In this document: positions 1-12,151 of the stretch, piece by piece
Layout of the letters: every line of letters starts with the position of its first letter
Position numbering within the stretch: the first letter of the stretch is position 1
Assembly (NCBI GenBank): GCA_020891255.1
Contig: BQFW01000015.1
Location: 2,728,001-2,792,000 of the forward strand
Direction of reading: 5' to 3'
Length of the DNA: 64,000 nucleotides
From: Entomortierella parvispora E1425
Lineage: Eukaryota > Fungi > Mortierellomycota
Made by a program: the position numbers and the translations under genes
Notes under the pieces: generated by a model
Seen by the model: the letters and a program-made list of their open reading frames with translations, nothing else
Told to the model about the DNA's origin: nothing
Database searches by the model: none

Positions 1-882
1 AAGTCTGTGGTCCTTTGCGCAATCAGTCCAGCAGTCAGCAGCAACAACGGTGATGAACAGAGCACCATGAGTGGAAGTACTTGCAAATGTGAACTCTGCG
101 AGTGCATCGACTGCAACTGCAGCAGTTCTAGTTTTACCATTGTCCCATGGGTAGTGGCCCAGGTGGCAGTTGCAGATACTGCTCGTCCAGAGGCGGCCCA
201 GGTGATTGCAGGACTTCGCGCCCAAGGCATTGAGACTTGGATGCTCACAGGTGATCATCCAACAACCGCTCAAACAATTGCACGCCAGCTCGGAATCTCG
301 CAGGTTATCGCCGGTGTTCTGCCAGAAGATAAGGCTGCCAAAGTCCGTCAACTTCAATTGGCAGGACGACCTAAATCGCATGGACGTTGGTCATGGGGTA
401 AGAGCAAGGGTAGTCAGAGTGACAAGCCCTCGCTCGAAACGATAGCGATCCCCTTGCAAGATTTGAACAGCTCGCGCACCTACCAGTCCATGCGTCCTGC
501 CATCGTTGCCATGGTAGGTGATGGTATCAACGATTCCCCAGCACTTGCCCAATCCAACTTGGGAATCTCTGTTGGATCGGCCACCGATATTGCCATTGAA
601 GCCGCCTCGATCGTCTTGCTTCGGGACACTCTTACGGATCTGCTTGTGATGCGAGATCTGGCCAGGACAGTTGTGCGCCGAATTCAGATCAACTTTTTGT
701 GGGCATTCATGTACAACGTGGTCATGATTCCGGTCGCAGCAGGTGTTCTTGTCGCATGGAATCGCTCGGCAGTCATTGGACCATCGTGGGCTGGTTTGGC
801 CATGGCGGCTTCGAGTGTCAGTGTCGTCCTTTCAAGTCTTCGTCTGAGATCTTACAAGTACAAGGCTCCTCGCTCTGTTTAA
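1..882 (+). CDS. CCC2: P1B-type Cu-transporting ATPase, C-terminal part (5' end outside window)
   Basis: Open frame from base 1 with VAVAD, WMLTGD, AGVLPEDK, VAMVGDGINDSPALAQ and AAMAASSVSVVLSSL-like motifs; stop at 880-882. Confidence 0.93.
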   Translation, partial: KSVVLCAISPAVSSNNGDEQSTMSGSTCKCELCECIDCNCSSSSFTIVPWVVAQVAVADTARPEAAQVIAGLRAQGIETWMLTGDHPTTAQTIARQLGISQVIAGVLPEDKAAKVRQLQLAGRPKSHGRWSWGKSKGSQSDKPSLETIAIPLQDLNSSRTYQSMRPAIVAMVGDGINDSPALAQSNLGISVGSATDIAIEAASIVLLRDTLTDLLVMRDLARTVVRRIQINFLWAFMYNVVMIPVAAGVLVAWNRSAVIGPSWAGLAMAASSVSVVLSSLRLRSYKYKAPRSV

Positions 883-1226
883 CAATAGCGCTATATAGCA
901 TTACAATACATATCGATTTCGTTCATTTTACCTGAATATTCTTGAGAACTGCGTGGCTAGGGTGCACAGGCCCTCGGTCCTGAAGGCTGAAGGGCACAAC
1001 CACCCAGGGCACAAAGCATCCTATCAAACTCACATATTCATTTTGCCACCAAAACTGGACCAAAAAGTGCAAGGTGGCTTGGCACTTACATCTTTTCATA
1101 GACGATCTCGAATGCTCTTACTTCAATTTCTCATTCGTGCACCCATCGACACACCAGGACCAAGGACCATCAGCCGGTGGATTTCCCTGTTCAAAGACTT
1201 TAGAGACCAACGACAAATAGACGACA

Positions 1227-2376
1227 ATGTCCTATACGAACGGAGCTGGAGCTGGAGCGACTCCTCAGTATACGTCTGAAGAGATTGCCTACTGGGCTTC
1301 CATGGGCTACGTGTTTGACCCATCCGCTGCAGCGGCCGCCTCTACTACTCCTGTCGATCCAGCAGCAGCAGCTTACGCAGCCTCCTACAACCCACAACAG
1401 CAAGCGTACGGCGCCTCTACATACCCTTCAATACCATCTTCTTCCTCCACATACGGGTCTGGATCATATCACAGTCAGAGTCGACCCTATGGATCAACAA
1501 GTCGCGGAGGCTACAACAACGAATACGAGGATTTGAACAAGATTTTCGCGGATCCCAAGAAAGTTCAGGAGGAGGCTGCAGCCGCTGCAGCAAGGGCCGA
1601 AGAAGAGGCCGCAATAGCCAAAGCCAAAGCCGCTGCCACGGTCGTCCGGAAGGCTGCAGGCCAGACCTGGGAAGATTCTACGCTTTTGGAATTCGATGAG
1701 AGTAAGGAAAAACAGAAATTGGGATGGCTTGTCAAGTTGCAGGAGATCCTCAGAACACGAATGCGGATATGAATGACCACTTGCCATTGTCTCACTGAGT
1801 GTCTTTGCTGTTTTTTTTCGATACAGAATAGGAACTGACTTGTTTTACAATGATCCCTTTCTTTGCTTCATTAGATGACTTCAGGTTGTTTGCAGGAGAC
1901 TTGGGAAATGAGGTCACAGACGACTTGCTGACAAAAACCTTTTCAAAGTACCCCTCATTCTTGAAAGCCAAGGTGGTGAGGGACAAGAGGACCCAGAAGA
2001 GCAAAGGATATGGCTTTATCAGTTTTGCAGAGCCAGATGATTTTGCTCGTGCCTGGAAGGAAATGAATGGTAACAAAGCAACCGAGAATGGTTGCTATCA
2101 AGACTGCCAGTCTGGACTTTATTGTACACTTTCTTCTACATATCCCTAACTCTTTTCGTTCTATTTTCTTTTCTCTCTTCTTCATCTCCTCATTGTTCAG
2201 GCAAATATGTTGGTAACCGACCCATTAAACTCAGGAAGAGCCAATGGAAGGATCGCAACGTGGAGATTGTTCGGGAAGCCAAGGCAGTTCGCGGACCTTA
2301 TGATCCAGAAGCCTTGACCCGAAAGGAACGTGCGAAACCATACAAGGTCAAGAAGCTGAACAATGCAGGAAAGTAA
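1227..2376 (+). CDS. RBM42: RBM42-like RRM splicing-associated protein
   Basis: Three exons (1227-1701, 1875-2069, 2201-2376, GT-AG introns) give VVRKAAGQTWEDSTLLEFDENDFRLFAGDLGNEV...KSKGYGFISF...GKYVGNRPIKLRKS. Confidence 0.9.
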
Positions 2377-2524
2377 AAAAAATTGTCATACTGATTCCTT
2401 GTGTCCAGCTTGCCCTCCTAATAAAAATTCAGTGCTGTCCCTACCCACAAACACACTCATACACCTTGTTGATCCGCATCGCAATCTCTTTTCATACTCT
2501 ATCGGTTTTATTATTTGCTATCGC

Positions 2525-4041
2525 TCACATGCCCAAGTCAGAGCGGTAGAGCTGGAACTCTCTCTTGACCATGTCGGGTCGGATCAAGGGAACCCAGTCC
2601 TTGGCCATCTTTGTATATCCAGTATCACTGAAATGGCGTCCATCCTGCCAGTAAAGGTTCCTGCGCTTCATTTCAAAGTTGCTGGCCAAGTCGATCTGAA
2701 GACCTTGACGGACACCATCATCATTCCTATTTTGGAGCTTCGTTTAGTAACCGTTGCATGGTCCGAGAGACAAGAGAGTGGAGAAGAAAGAAGGGTCACT
2801 CACTTTTTGATATAGGCCTCGATCAACTGATTCCTGAGAAGATTGTCTTCCATTTGTTCTTGCGTGAGGTAAGTATCGTCGCCAGCAGTGGGAATCGTAC
2901 AGAGATAAATAGATTTTGACTGGTTTCCAGTTTTCTTGATTGCCTGGCAGATCAACTCCAAGTTGCGGACAGTCTCCTGGGGCGAAATGGCTGGATCCTT
3001 TCGCCTGATGAAGCAAAATGGAAATAAAGACAGCACACGTTAGTAATCTTTGGCTTGGCTCTGTTTAGAACATGAAGAAAAGTATCGCACAGGCGATCTC
3101 CTCATTGGGAGCTCCAGTAGCACTTACAGCACATCACACGATCCAAGCATGATAATCACAATCTCGGCACGAAGGAACTTTGGATCCTGGAGGACCTTGC
3201 TCAAGAGTTCAGGCTTTTCCTTTCGTTTCTAGACATCCAAAAATAAAAAACAAAAGGGTCGCCGATTTCAAACCATACACAACATGTTAGTGGACAAGAT
3301 GCTTGTGGATAAAAAACAAGGGGGAGAGAAGAAACGATACAAGACGACCTCTTTACCGAATCTGCTGGATGGAGCCAATCCTCACTTGAAGTCTTGTACG
3401 CTCCACGGTTATAGATCTGCCAGGTTTGACGAATAGACACTTCCTTGGCCAGCTCTCGTCCAAGCTTTTGGGCAATCCCTGAACAAGAGTTGAACAAAAC
3501 AAAATGGCACAACAGCAAACGTCAGCGAACAGAGCCACATGCGAAGGATTTCCTTGTTTTGAGATGGTGGTCATTCTTGCAGTGTTCTGGTACCTGATCC
3601 GGCAGTGAGAGTACTATAGTCGCCCACACCCAGAGCATGGTCATCGCCTACTCACAAGAAGGAAGAGGTTCAAAGTTAAACCACGGGATCCTGTCTGATC
3701 CGCTTGGACATATCCTACCTCCTGTGGCAGAAGATCTATTCTACTATAAAAAAAGGACCTTACCAAGGACCACGATCGAGTGGTTGTATTCTCCTTTCGT
3801 ACGCAGACCTGGCTCGTACCACTACTTGTCAGGCATCCAAAGAGTGGTTATCCGTTAGACCGCAGCAACATTGTTGGACAGAGATGCCTTCAGACAGAGA
3901 ATGAATGGCATCATCAAACATTGGGAAAGCATGTCGCGACACATTTACCCTGGCAATGTAGATAAAGCTCAGCTTGAGGTAGAAATGGCACACGGTCGCA
4001 AAGACCTTGACGATCCGCACGAGCGAGTAAAAAATATCCAT
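2525..4041 (-). CDS. SGNH/GDSL-fold protein with atypical catalytic residues
   Basis: Seven exons joined by GT-AG introns: MDIFYSLV...SIVVLGDDHALGVGD...YNRG...IIMLGSCD...WQDGRHFSDTGYTKMA. Blocks I, II, III and V of the SGNH fold appear in the right order. Confidence 0.75.
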
Positions 4042-4335
4042 CCTTGGTAATGTCGCTGTTGCTATTTCCTGATGAGGGGGTGGATGGATGTTCGTTTCGA
4101 TGTGTTGGGTTTGGAAGAAAAAGAGGGGAGAAAAGGAGAGGACACCGTTTTCATCACACGAGGGAAATAACAATGCGTCAATTGCTGAAAGACAAAAAAA
4201 CACAAAATCCCTCAAATCGACCCTTGATCTGCCTCTGAGTTGGATGAAGAGAGTTTATTTCTATAGGTTGGTGTGTTGTTGTTGTGTACTCCTGCAAGAC
4301 CGGTGTCGATATTATCCATGAATGCCAGCAGTCGC

Positions 4336-5454
4336 TTAACGCTTGACCCACTGGAACTTTTTCCTTGCTCCATATTGACCGGGCTTCTTTCTTTCCACAA
4401 CACGCATGTCGCGTGTGATGCAACCAGCTGTAATTCCAGAATGAAAAAAAGAAAGAAAAGGTTAGATCAGGCCCCAATACAACATAAAACAACATAGTCG
4501 CAGCCAATTGACATCCCATCGCAAGATCCTTACCCTTTCTCAGAGTTGGCTTCAACTCAGGAGTATGGGTCATCAAAGCTTTTGCGATTCCCAATGAAAT
4601 TGCCTCTGCTTGACCTATATTCACAACAGTTTCCAAGGAGAAAAAAAAGCGTCAGTCAACTCATTCAACGAAGGATCAGGGACCTCTGATCCAAAATGGT
4701 TATCCTGGTTGTTATGTTGATTTGCCATCTTACCTGTAGTGCCTCCGCCCTGGACCAGGGCCCAGACGTTGTACTTTCCGAGCAACTGAGTGACCTCGAA
4801 AGGCTTCAACAACGACTCCCGATCCTGCGACTTCTTGAAGTACTGTGCTGCCTCCTGACCATTGATCAAGACCTTTCCCTCGCCCTCTACCACATAGACA
4901 CTAGCGCTAGCCTCCTTTCTGCGTCCAGTGGCCAAGGCTCTTCCGAGGTGATCCACCACGCGGGGCTTAGCCTTCTGTGCGAGCTGCTCCTCTGTCTTGG
5001 CGAACTGGCTGAAAAGCTGATCGATCGAGGAAGGTCTAGGCGTCAAAGTGGCGAGTTGGTTGAGCTTGGAGACAATCAAGCGGTACTGAGAAGTCTTCAA
5101 AGCATTGACGCCCACAGCTGTCGTCAAGGCGTCCTTGCCGAGCCAGTTGGGTCTTTGAGCCGTCTTGGAGGGCTTGGTGAGAGGGCGGTACTGGCGGTAG
5201 GTGGAATCCAAATTGACAATGAGTTCATTGTACACGGGTTTAGTGGTGAAGTAGGAAGGCGATTCAGGCTTAAGCTGGAATCCGGGCAAGGACTGGTAGC
5301 CGAGTGGGGTAGCAACGGGTTCCTGAGTCTGGGCCATGGGCGAAGAGGTGAAGGAGCGAAGAACAACTGCAGGGGCAGCTGCAGACCGGCTGAGGAGAGG
5401 GCGGGCAAAGGAGCCGGCGAGGGCGCCTGCTAGCGGCCTTGCTGACGAGATCAT
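4336..5454 (-). CDS. MRPS9: Mitochondrial ribosomal protein uS9m
   Basis: Arg/Ser/Ala-rich presequence; ATGRRKEASASV, GGGTTGQAEAISLGIAKAL, TRDMRVVERKKPGQYGARKKFQWVKR; 2 introns. Confidence 0.95.
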
Positions 5455-5679
5455 GATGTGTGGGAAGGACAGGAGATGAGTGAATGAAAGGGTCCGGTCG
5501 AAGGAGATCTCTCGTTGGTTCAATGAATTGAATGAATGAATGGCCGAAGGGTGGAGGGGAGTCGAGTGCAGCAGCGGAGTAGGTGGCTTGGCTGTGTTTG
5601 TGTTCGAATGATCCCGGAACTGTTTTTATTTACAAGGGGTATGCACCATAGTTTCACTTTGGATAGGTTCCAGAAACTC

Positions 5680-8600
5680 CTACAACAATTTTGTCTTGCG
5701 TGCAATCAGCACAAACAGGCTGGCCATGCAGAAGATCGCTGTGACGATCGAAACGAACCATCGTAGACCCTCAGACCCCTGCCCTGGAACCGGCACGTTC
5801 ATTCCCATCAAGCCCGTGACGAGATTGACTGGCAACATCATGCTTCCAAGAGCCGTCAACTTTGTAAGGACATTGTTGGTCTCGTTCGAGGCTGAGGTCA
5901 TCTCTATGTTGATCTGCGCCAGATAGTTCGAGTGTGACCGAGAAAGAATCTTTTCGCAATGGGACAGATTCTGGATCATGGTGATAATGTGGTCTATATT
6001 CATAGTGGGAAGAAAACAAGTGACCATTAGTCTTAGTTTGCCTCCGATTCATCATCACAAGTCAACGATAACCTGTTTGTACCTTGTATGTCACCCATGA
6101 AAAGTCCAATATCGCTTGCTCCCTTGTGACCCGTCTTTCCTTCGTAGCGCTTGATGAGCCCTTTGATGACATCGGCCTTTCCTGTCAAGAGCCTGAGGAG
6201 ACTCATCACTCTCTTTCGGCAATTTCCAATTCGACGAAGCATATCTGGTTGGTCAGCCTCCTTCAGCATGAGGACGAGCTCATCGATCATATCAACTTCA
6301 GCTTCCACTTGACGGATTAAAGGAGCAAACGCGTCAACGATATCATCGATCATGGCGTAATTGATCCAGTCTGTAGAGACAAGCCAGCACATGGTTGTTA
6401 AGACAAGGATAGGGCACACAATAAATTATTGACATCGAATTCAAGTTAATCTCCCTTACCTGGGGTCACCTCTATCTTTTCCTTGAGATGACGAATGCGC
6501 TTTCGAATATTCCGACAGTGTGGTATCGGTCGCGAGTGAAACTGATAGTGCATCAAGCAACAACAGTCAGAATTCAATGCTGTCCAGCATGTCTTCAATT
6601 GAGTGTCTCTGAGTTGTGGATAGCCAGGCGCTTACCGAAATGACACCGTCCGGAAGAATGAGCATGTAAATGCTGGACGGCTGAAGAATCTGTGCATTTT
6701 CTGACTCTAGGACAAATGTTCGGAAACAGACAAAGTAGTAGTTCAAAAAAACTTCGCACTTTTCTCGGCCTTCCTCCATGAGAATGTCTTCTGTTGTCAA
6801 TGGGTGTATCTTGAAGACCTGGAAAACAACAACAAAAAAAAAAAAAAAAAAAAAAAAAGGCACCGAGCAAGTTAGTTAGAGGCGGGCCCTGGGCTTTGAA
6901 TAGAGAGTGGATGTTTACCTGACTCAGAGTCCTGACCTCCTCATCAGTTGGACTGGCAATATCCAGCCAAAAGAACCCAGACTGAAGGACATCAGAAAGT
7001 GTTTGGCCGCTGGGGGCGAGCTCGTGTAGGGATTTTGCATGGACAGTGGCCGACGCCGTTGAGAACAACGTAAACCTGAACGCGTCCTCCAAAGTCTAAT
7101 ATTCGGATACATAGCAGGTGAGGAGAAACATTTCTGTCGAGTCATACTATTCAGCCCATACTGCCGCCACTTACGTGTCCTACATCCTGGGCTTTAAACA
7201 GAAGGCTATAGCCATTCCTAGGGAGCTCGAAGGGGGGGTCTGAGATTGATCCATAGTTGAATGAACGCCGTCGTGAAAGAAGCAGCCTGGATGAAGATGA
7301 AAGTGACTGCACTTTGATAGAGCCAGACTTGAGTCCATGCGAGTAAATTTGTGGTGCCTCTGCCTCGATCCCATGTGGATGCCCTAATGATCCCTGCTTT
7401 TCCTTTTCCAAGTACTCTTCCAGTTGAGAATAGTCAACTGCCAGATCATCAGACTCAGGAGGGAAACACACCTAGGCAAAACATGGGTTAATGGCCAATA
7501 TGTCATAAGAGCACCAAGTCATATTGCCACATCTTACATCTTCCTCGGCCAATGAATGCCTTCTACTAGAATATGTCTCTCCCAAAACGGTCTCTGATTC
7601 TTCGCAAGGAAGCAGTACTGGGATTCTTGCTTTTCTTCCATGTCGCTTTTGCAGATTCGAAAGTCGTGTGTGTAGTGGAACAGGAGAGGGCGACATCATC
7701 CGTAATTGAGAGTGAATTTGCCGGTTCAATGAGTGCGATGAAGCACGGCGAGAATTGATGGTGCTGGGGTTTTTTGCTTCTTGCTTCGCCTCCCACTGCA
7801 ATGTTGACTTTGGGGATATCACATTGTCAGGGCGTAAGTTCCATGTACTATTGCTAGTCGATGGTATGTCCTGTTGATGGTCCACTCCCTGTTGTTGGTC
7901 CACCCCCTGCTGTTGGTCCATGCCTGATTGCTGGTTCAAGCTGTGCTCCCGACCGAGGCCTTGTACAGCGCGACCATCAAGTCGCTCCTGGACTTGGCAA
8001 GAAGTCGATATGGTTGGCATGATGAATGAACCCTGCGCCTCCCCAATGCTTGAGCTGGAACTGATGGGCTCGATGGCGTGTGGATGTGCCTCAAACTGAA
8101 ACGCCTGTGAAATTTCAGCAAAACCGGTATAGCCTTGGCGCACTGTAGCATTGGACTGGTCAAGCTCTCCTGAAGTTGAAGAAGGCGTCCGAGAAAGGTG
8201 GTCTCGGCTAGGCCCACGCTCCGTGATGTCGGTATGGAAACTTAGTGAAGATTCATCCCTAGGGATCGTCACTCTGACATGCCTCTGGTCCTGTCCCTGT
8301 CCCTGTCTCCAATCCGATCCTTGCCTCTGCTCTTGTCCCTGTCTCCAATTCGAACCTTGTCTCTGCTCTTGTCCCTGTTTCTGTGCTGATCCTAGTCCTT
8401 GCCCTCGCTGTTTTCCTTGGTCTTGCTCTAATTCTTGATGTTCTGATAGATAGTTCTGATGGTCCACGAACGACTCGCCATATATAAGAGGCGACCCATA
8501 CATGCTATCCGTGTAGTCCGCGGTGTCGATCGAGCACGGAAGTGAGTAGGATGCATATGAAGAATGAGCAAGGTCCACTTGTGGGTATGGTTTCTGAAAT

Positions 8601-8800
8601 CGCGATGAATTCGCCAAGCCCTTTAGCGAAGTACTGGAACTTGCTACGCTATTGCTCGAGTGCCTGCCAATTCGAGTTAAAGAGGATTCGGTAGCGCGAG
8701 GATTCGTCGAGGAGGATGCTGTGTTGCGGACAGTGATTGGGGAAGAAGACTTTTCCGGACCCTCAGCTCCCACACTCAGAGATAGTCGACGGGGCTCCAT
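5680..8800 (-). CDS. CorA-family Mg2+ transporter (ALR/MNR2-like) with long disordered N-terminus
   Basis: EEDVCFP, FFWLDI, FKIHPLTTEDI, DWINYAMIDDIVDAF, PVNLVTGLMGMNVPVPG (GMN motif) and a C-terminal TM; 6 GT-AG introns. Confidence 0.92.
7871..7924. repeat. 18-bp coding tandem repeat x3 (DQQQGV-like) in the CorA N-terminus
   Basis: ctgttgatggtccactcc / ctgttgttggtccacccc / ctgctgttggtccatgcc. Confidence 0.85.
8299..8378. repeat. 36-bp coding tandem repeat (about 2.2 copies; GQEQRQGS[ND]WRQ) in the CorA N-terminus
   Basis: Units 8299-8334 and 8335-8370 differ at 3 positions. Confidence 0.85.
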
Positions 8801-9959
8801 CTCAACTTTCTGGTGCGACTACGATATAAACACTTGAATTCCAGCTATAGTTTGTTGGGCGCCGCTGGAGACCAAAGACGTGCGACGTGAACAAGGAGAA
8901 AGCTGCTATTAACTGCGGGTCAAAGAGGTATGATGGCAACGCTGCGCTGCCATTGAATGTGTTGGATGCATCTTGCATGGGCATGCATGTCTTTTGCTGC
9001 GACCCCTGTTCCAGCAAGACACGCGACCTGGGTGTGTCACATGACATCTTGCGGAGGGTGTTTGCGTACGCTGTACCTTGTGTCGCTTGCTGCCAGTGCC
9101 AGTACCGCCTGCTGCCTGCCTGTGCTGCCTGCCTGATTGCCTTTCTGCCTGCCTCATTGCCTGTCTCTCTTCCAGTTAGAGTCTTGCCGTCGACCTCACT
9201 TGAAAGAAAAAAAAAATAAGCTAGAGCGAACGCTCCTGCAGATGCGGTGCACCAAACCGCCAAGTCAACCTCTTGCTGTGGCCCACTTGTGTCCAGATTT
9301 TGCAACACTGCTGCAAGTCCCGCCGAAGCTCTCGGCTCTCTGTGTATGCACGGATGTTGATGTTCGCTGCATCCTTTTTCCCCAGTCCTGCGGTAAGTCG
9401 CTGACAGCACGCTGGTGAGCTCAGGTCTGTGATTGGCCGACGCGTCCAGCCTCACCGAATTCTATGGCTTCGCAAATCAGCGGCTCTAACAACTTTTACC
9501 GGGGTTTGGTTCATTTTTGCCCTTCAGTGGATAGAATTGCCCACCCCCAGGTGCCAATGGTTGCGCCCCTGCGATCGAGAGACACTTTAAAAATGTCAGA
9601 TTTAGAGGCCACGAAGGCAATATGTTTGTTTGCTCTGACTCTGAGAGTGGACCACTGTAACCCAATTTCCTCTCTCCCGTCTTGGTCAGAACGAATGGCC
9701 GTACCCGGTAATCGTCGTCGGACAAAGCGATCCTTCCTGCTCTTCTACGCTGCTCCTCACGGGCAAGGCCAGCCACCAGCATTCATCCCTAAATGGCCAA
9801 CTATCGCCCCACATGGGCAAATCAAGCTTGTTTCTGGCGGGATTGACCCTTGACAACGCCCTCGCTTTGAAAGCACGAGCACCCCTTCTCTCATTCTACT
9901 AGTCAAATCGCTTTTGCGCCTTGATGCAAATCGTGCACTAGCTCATGACTTCATGGACA

Positions 9960-9967
9960 TATAAATA
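9960..9967 (+). promoter_or_regulatory. TATA box of PHO89
   Basis: TATAAATA about 150 bp upstream of the ATG at 10116, followed by a CT-rich leader. Confidence 0.5.
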
Positions 9968-10115
9968 CCGACTCGATCTCATCTTGCTACCCTCATCATT
10001 GAACACCTCTTCCTTCACTTGATCCCCTTTTCCTCCCCCTCTTGGCTGCAGCTACCACTCTGCAACCGATTCTCTCAATACCCTCTTCCCTCCTTTGAAA
10101 AAGTCTTTCAAGATC

Positions 10116-11763
10116 ATGCAGATCCACGATTACACATTCCTTTTTGGAATTGGTCTCTTCTTTGCCTTCATGGATGCTTTCGGCATCGGTGCTAATGATG
10201 TTGCTAATTCGTTTGCTACCTCGGTCGGTTCCGGATCCATCTCCATGGCTCAAGCCCTGATCATTGCCTGTTTCTGTGAGTTTGGAGGTGCCTTCCTTCT
10301 TGGCGCCAACACCACTGAGACTATCAAGGGTGGAATTGTGGAAACCAAGCTCTACGCCACGAATCCTGAAATTCTTATGGTGAGGATTTTTCTCAGATGA
10401 CCACTTTCATTGTTCTTAAACCATGGTCCAGCTATTCATGACTTATCCTTTGCTCTCTCTCCAGCTCACCATGGTCTGCGCTTTGATCGGTTCCTCTACT
10501 TGGGTCTTGTTCGCCTCCTCCCGCGGCTGGCCTGTTTCGACCACCCATGCCATTGTCGGTGCTATCTGCGGCGCTGGTATCTCTGCTTTCGGTGTTGATG
10601 GTATTCAGTGGTCTGGAATTACCAAGATTGTGCTGTCTTGGGTCATCTCACCCGTCGCCGCCGGCTTAGTTTGCTCCATTTTCTTCTTGTTCACGAAATA
10701 CGTGGTCCTCAACCACAGTGACTCATTCCGCCGTGGTTTGATTGCTATTCCAGCCTATTTTGGTGTGGCCATCACGATCAACATCTTCTACATCATCTTC
10801 AAAGGCGCACCCAAGTCTGACCTGCAGAAGAAGGCCATCGGCATCCCTGTCGCTATTGCTGTCGGCACTGGCGCCGTTGTTTTTGCCTGGTGCTTGATCT
10901 TCCTAAGCCCCTTCTTGCGTCGCAAAATCCAGGATAACGAGGACCTCAAGTGGTACCATATGTTCTACACTCCTTTCGTCGGCACCCGCACCAAGGCTCC
11001 TGTTCATCAGGAAGAAGTTGCCCAGGTTGATGGCAAGAACGAAAAGCTGGACTCTTCCGTCGATGTTGAGGTCGAGGGTCAGGCTAACCCGTCGCTGGTC
11101 AAGCTCGATGAAGCCGACAAGAAGCAGAGCCTTGCCAAGCGTATCTTTACCAGAGCTCTTGCTGGTCTCAACCATGATATTAGTTCTGGTGAAGACAAGC
11201 ACACCGTCGCGGCCCACGCGAACGCCACTAAGTTTGATAACGACACTGAGCGTCTCTTCTCGGCTGTTCAGGTCATTACTGCTTGCTTCACATCGTTCGC
11301 TCACGGCTCCAACGATGTCGCCAATGCCATTGGTCCCCTTGCCACCATCTACTACATCTGGGAGCACGCCGATATCAACGTCGCCAAGGCCCCCGTCCCT
11401 GTGTGGATCTTGGCTTTCGGTGGTGTTGCTATCGATCTTGGCTTGATGACCTATGGTTACCACGTCATGCGAACCCTTGGTAACAAGGTCACCTACATGT
11501 CCCCTACCCGTGGTTTCTCCGCCGAGATGGGTACTTCGATCACCATCTTGACCTGCTCTAAGCTCGCCCTCCCAGTCTCCTCCACCCATTGTATCACTGG
11601 TGCCACCACTGCCATTGGTCTCTTGTCCGGAGGCGGCTTCAAGTCACTGAACTGGCGGTTGCTCCTTGGAGTCTTTGCCGGCTGGGTTGCTACCCTTCCT
11701 GCCGCTGGATTGACCTCTGGTCTGATCTTTGCCTTTGTCTCCCGCTCTCCTCAGCTACTGTAG
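10116..11763 (+). CDS. PHO89: PiT/PHO4-family phosphate transporter
   Basis: GIGANDVANSFATSVGS, GWPVSTTHAIVG, FAHGSNDVANAIGP, LPVSSTH; one intron at about 10381-10466; strong C-ending codon bias. Confidence 0.95.
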
Positions 11764-12151
11764 TTTAGTCATACTTTAATCATCATAACCATGTAATATA
11801 CCTATTTTACAAACTGCACCCATTGAGCCATTCTGCATCTCTTCTAGTCGTCCACACGCGAGGACTGTGAGTAGTCTACACGACTTCTCGATGCTGTAAA
11901 AAACATGGTCCATAACACGCTTGGACACTCTGGAACCTGACCTGTTGGTGGCAAAGGCGGGTTGGTCACTTGATACAAATTCTTAAGGGCTGCCGGATCA
12001 GAACGAGTTGGTCACGTGAATCAAAGGAGCTGCAGCACTGGCAGCTGGCCGCCCCTTTTCTTTCCTCTTCTCTCTCTTTCTATCTTTCAACTCCAACCCG
12101 TCCTCCCCTGTTCCCACAACCAACCACCCGTCCACAGCCCTTGCAACCAAA

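Noticed and set aside
7472-7474. In-frame stop splitting the CorA ORF (possible pseudogene or readthrough)
   Set aside because: It is the TAG acceptor of an intron (GAT|GTAAGA...GCCTAG|GTG); splicing restores the conserved EEDVCFP.
8801-10115. ORFs 8802-9455 (-) and 9464-9853 (+), and an expected Pho4 CACGTG site
   Set aside because: The ORFs have no motifs or codon bias and lie in promoter DNA upstream of the TATA box; I saw no CACGTG.
10903-11589. Long antisense ORFs opposite PHO89, 14-3-3 (13134-13829), MRPS9, the histones and the expansin-like gene
   Set aside because: These are shadow ORFs expected from strong C/G third-position codon bias; no recognisable products.
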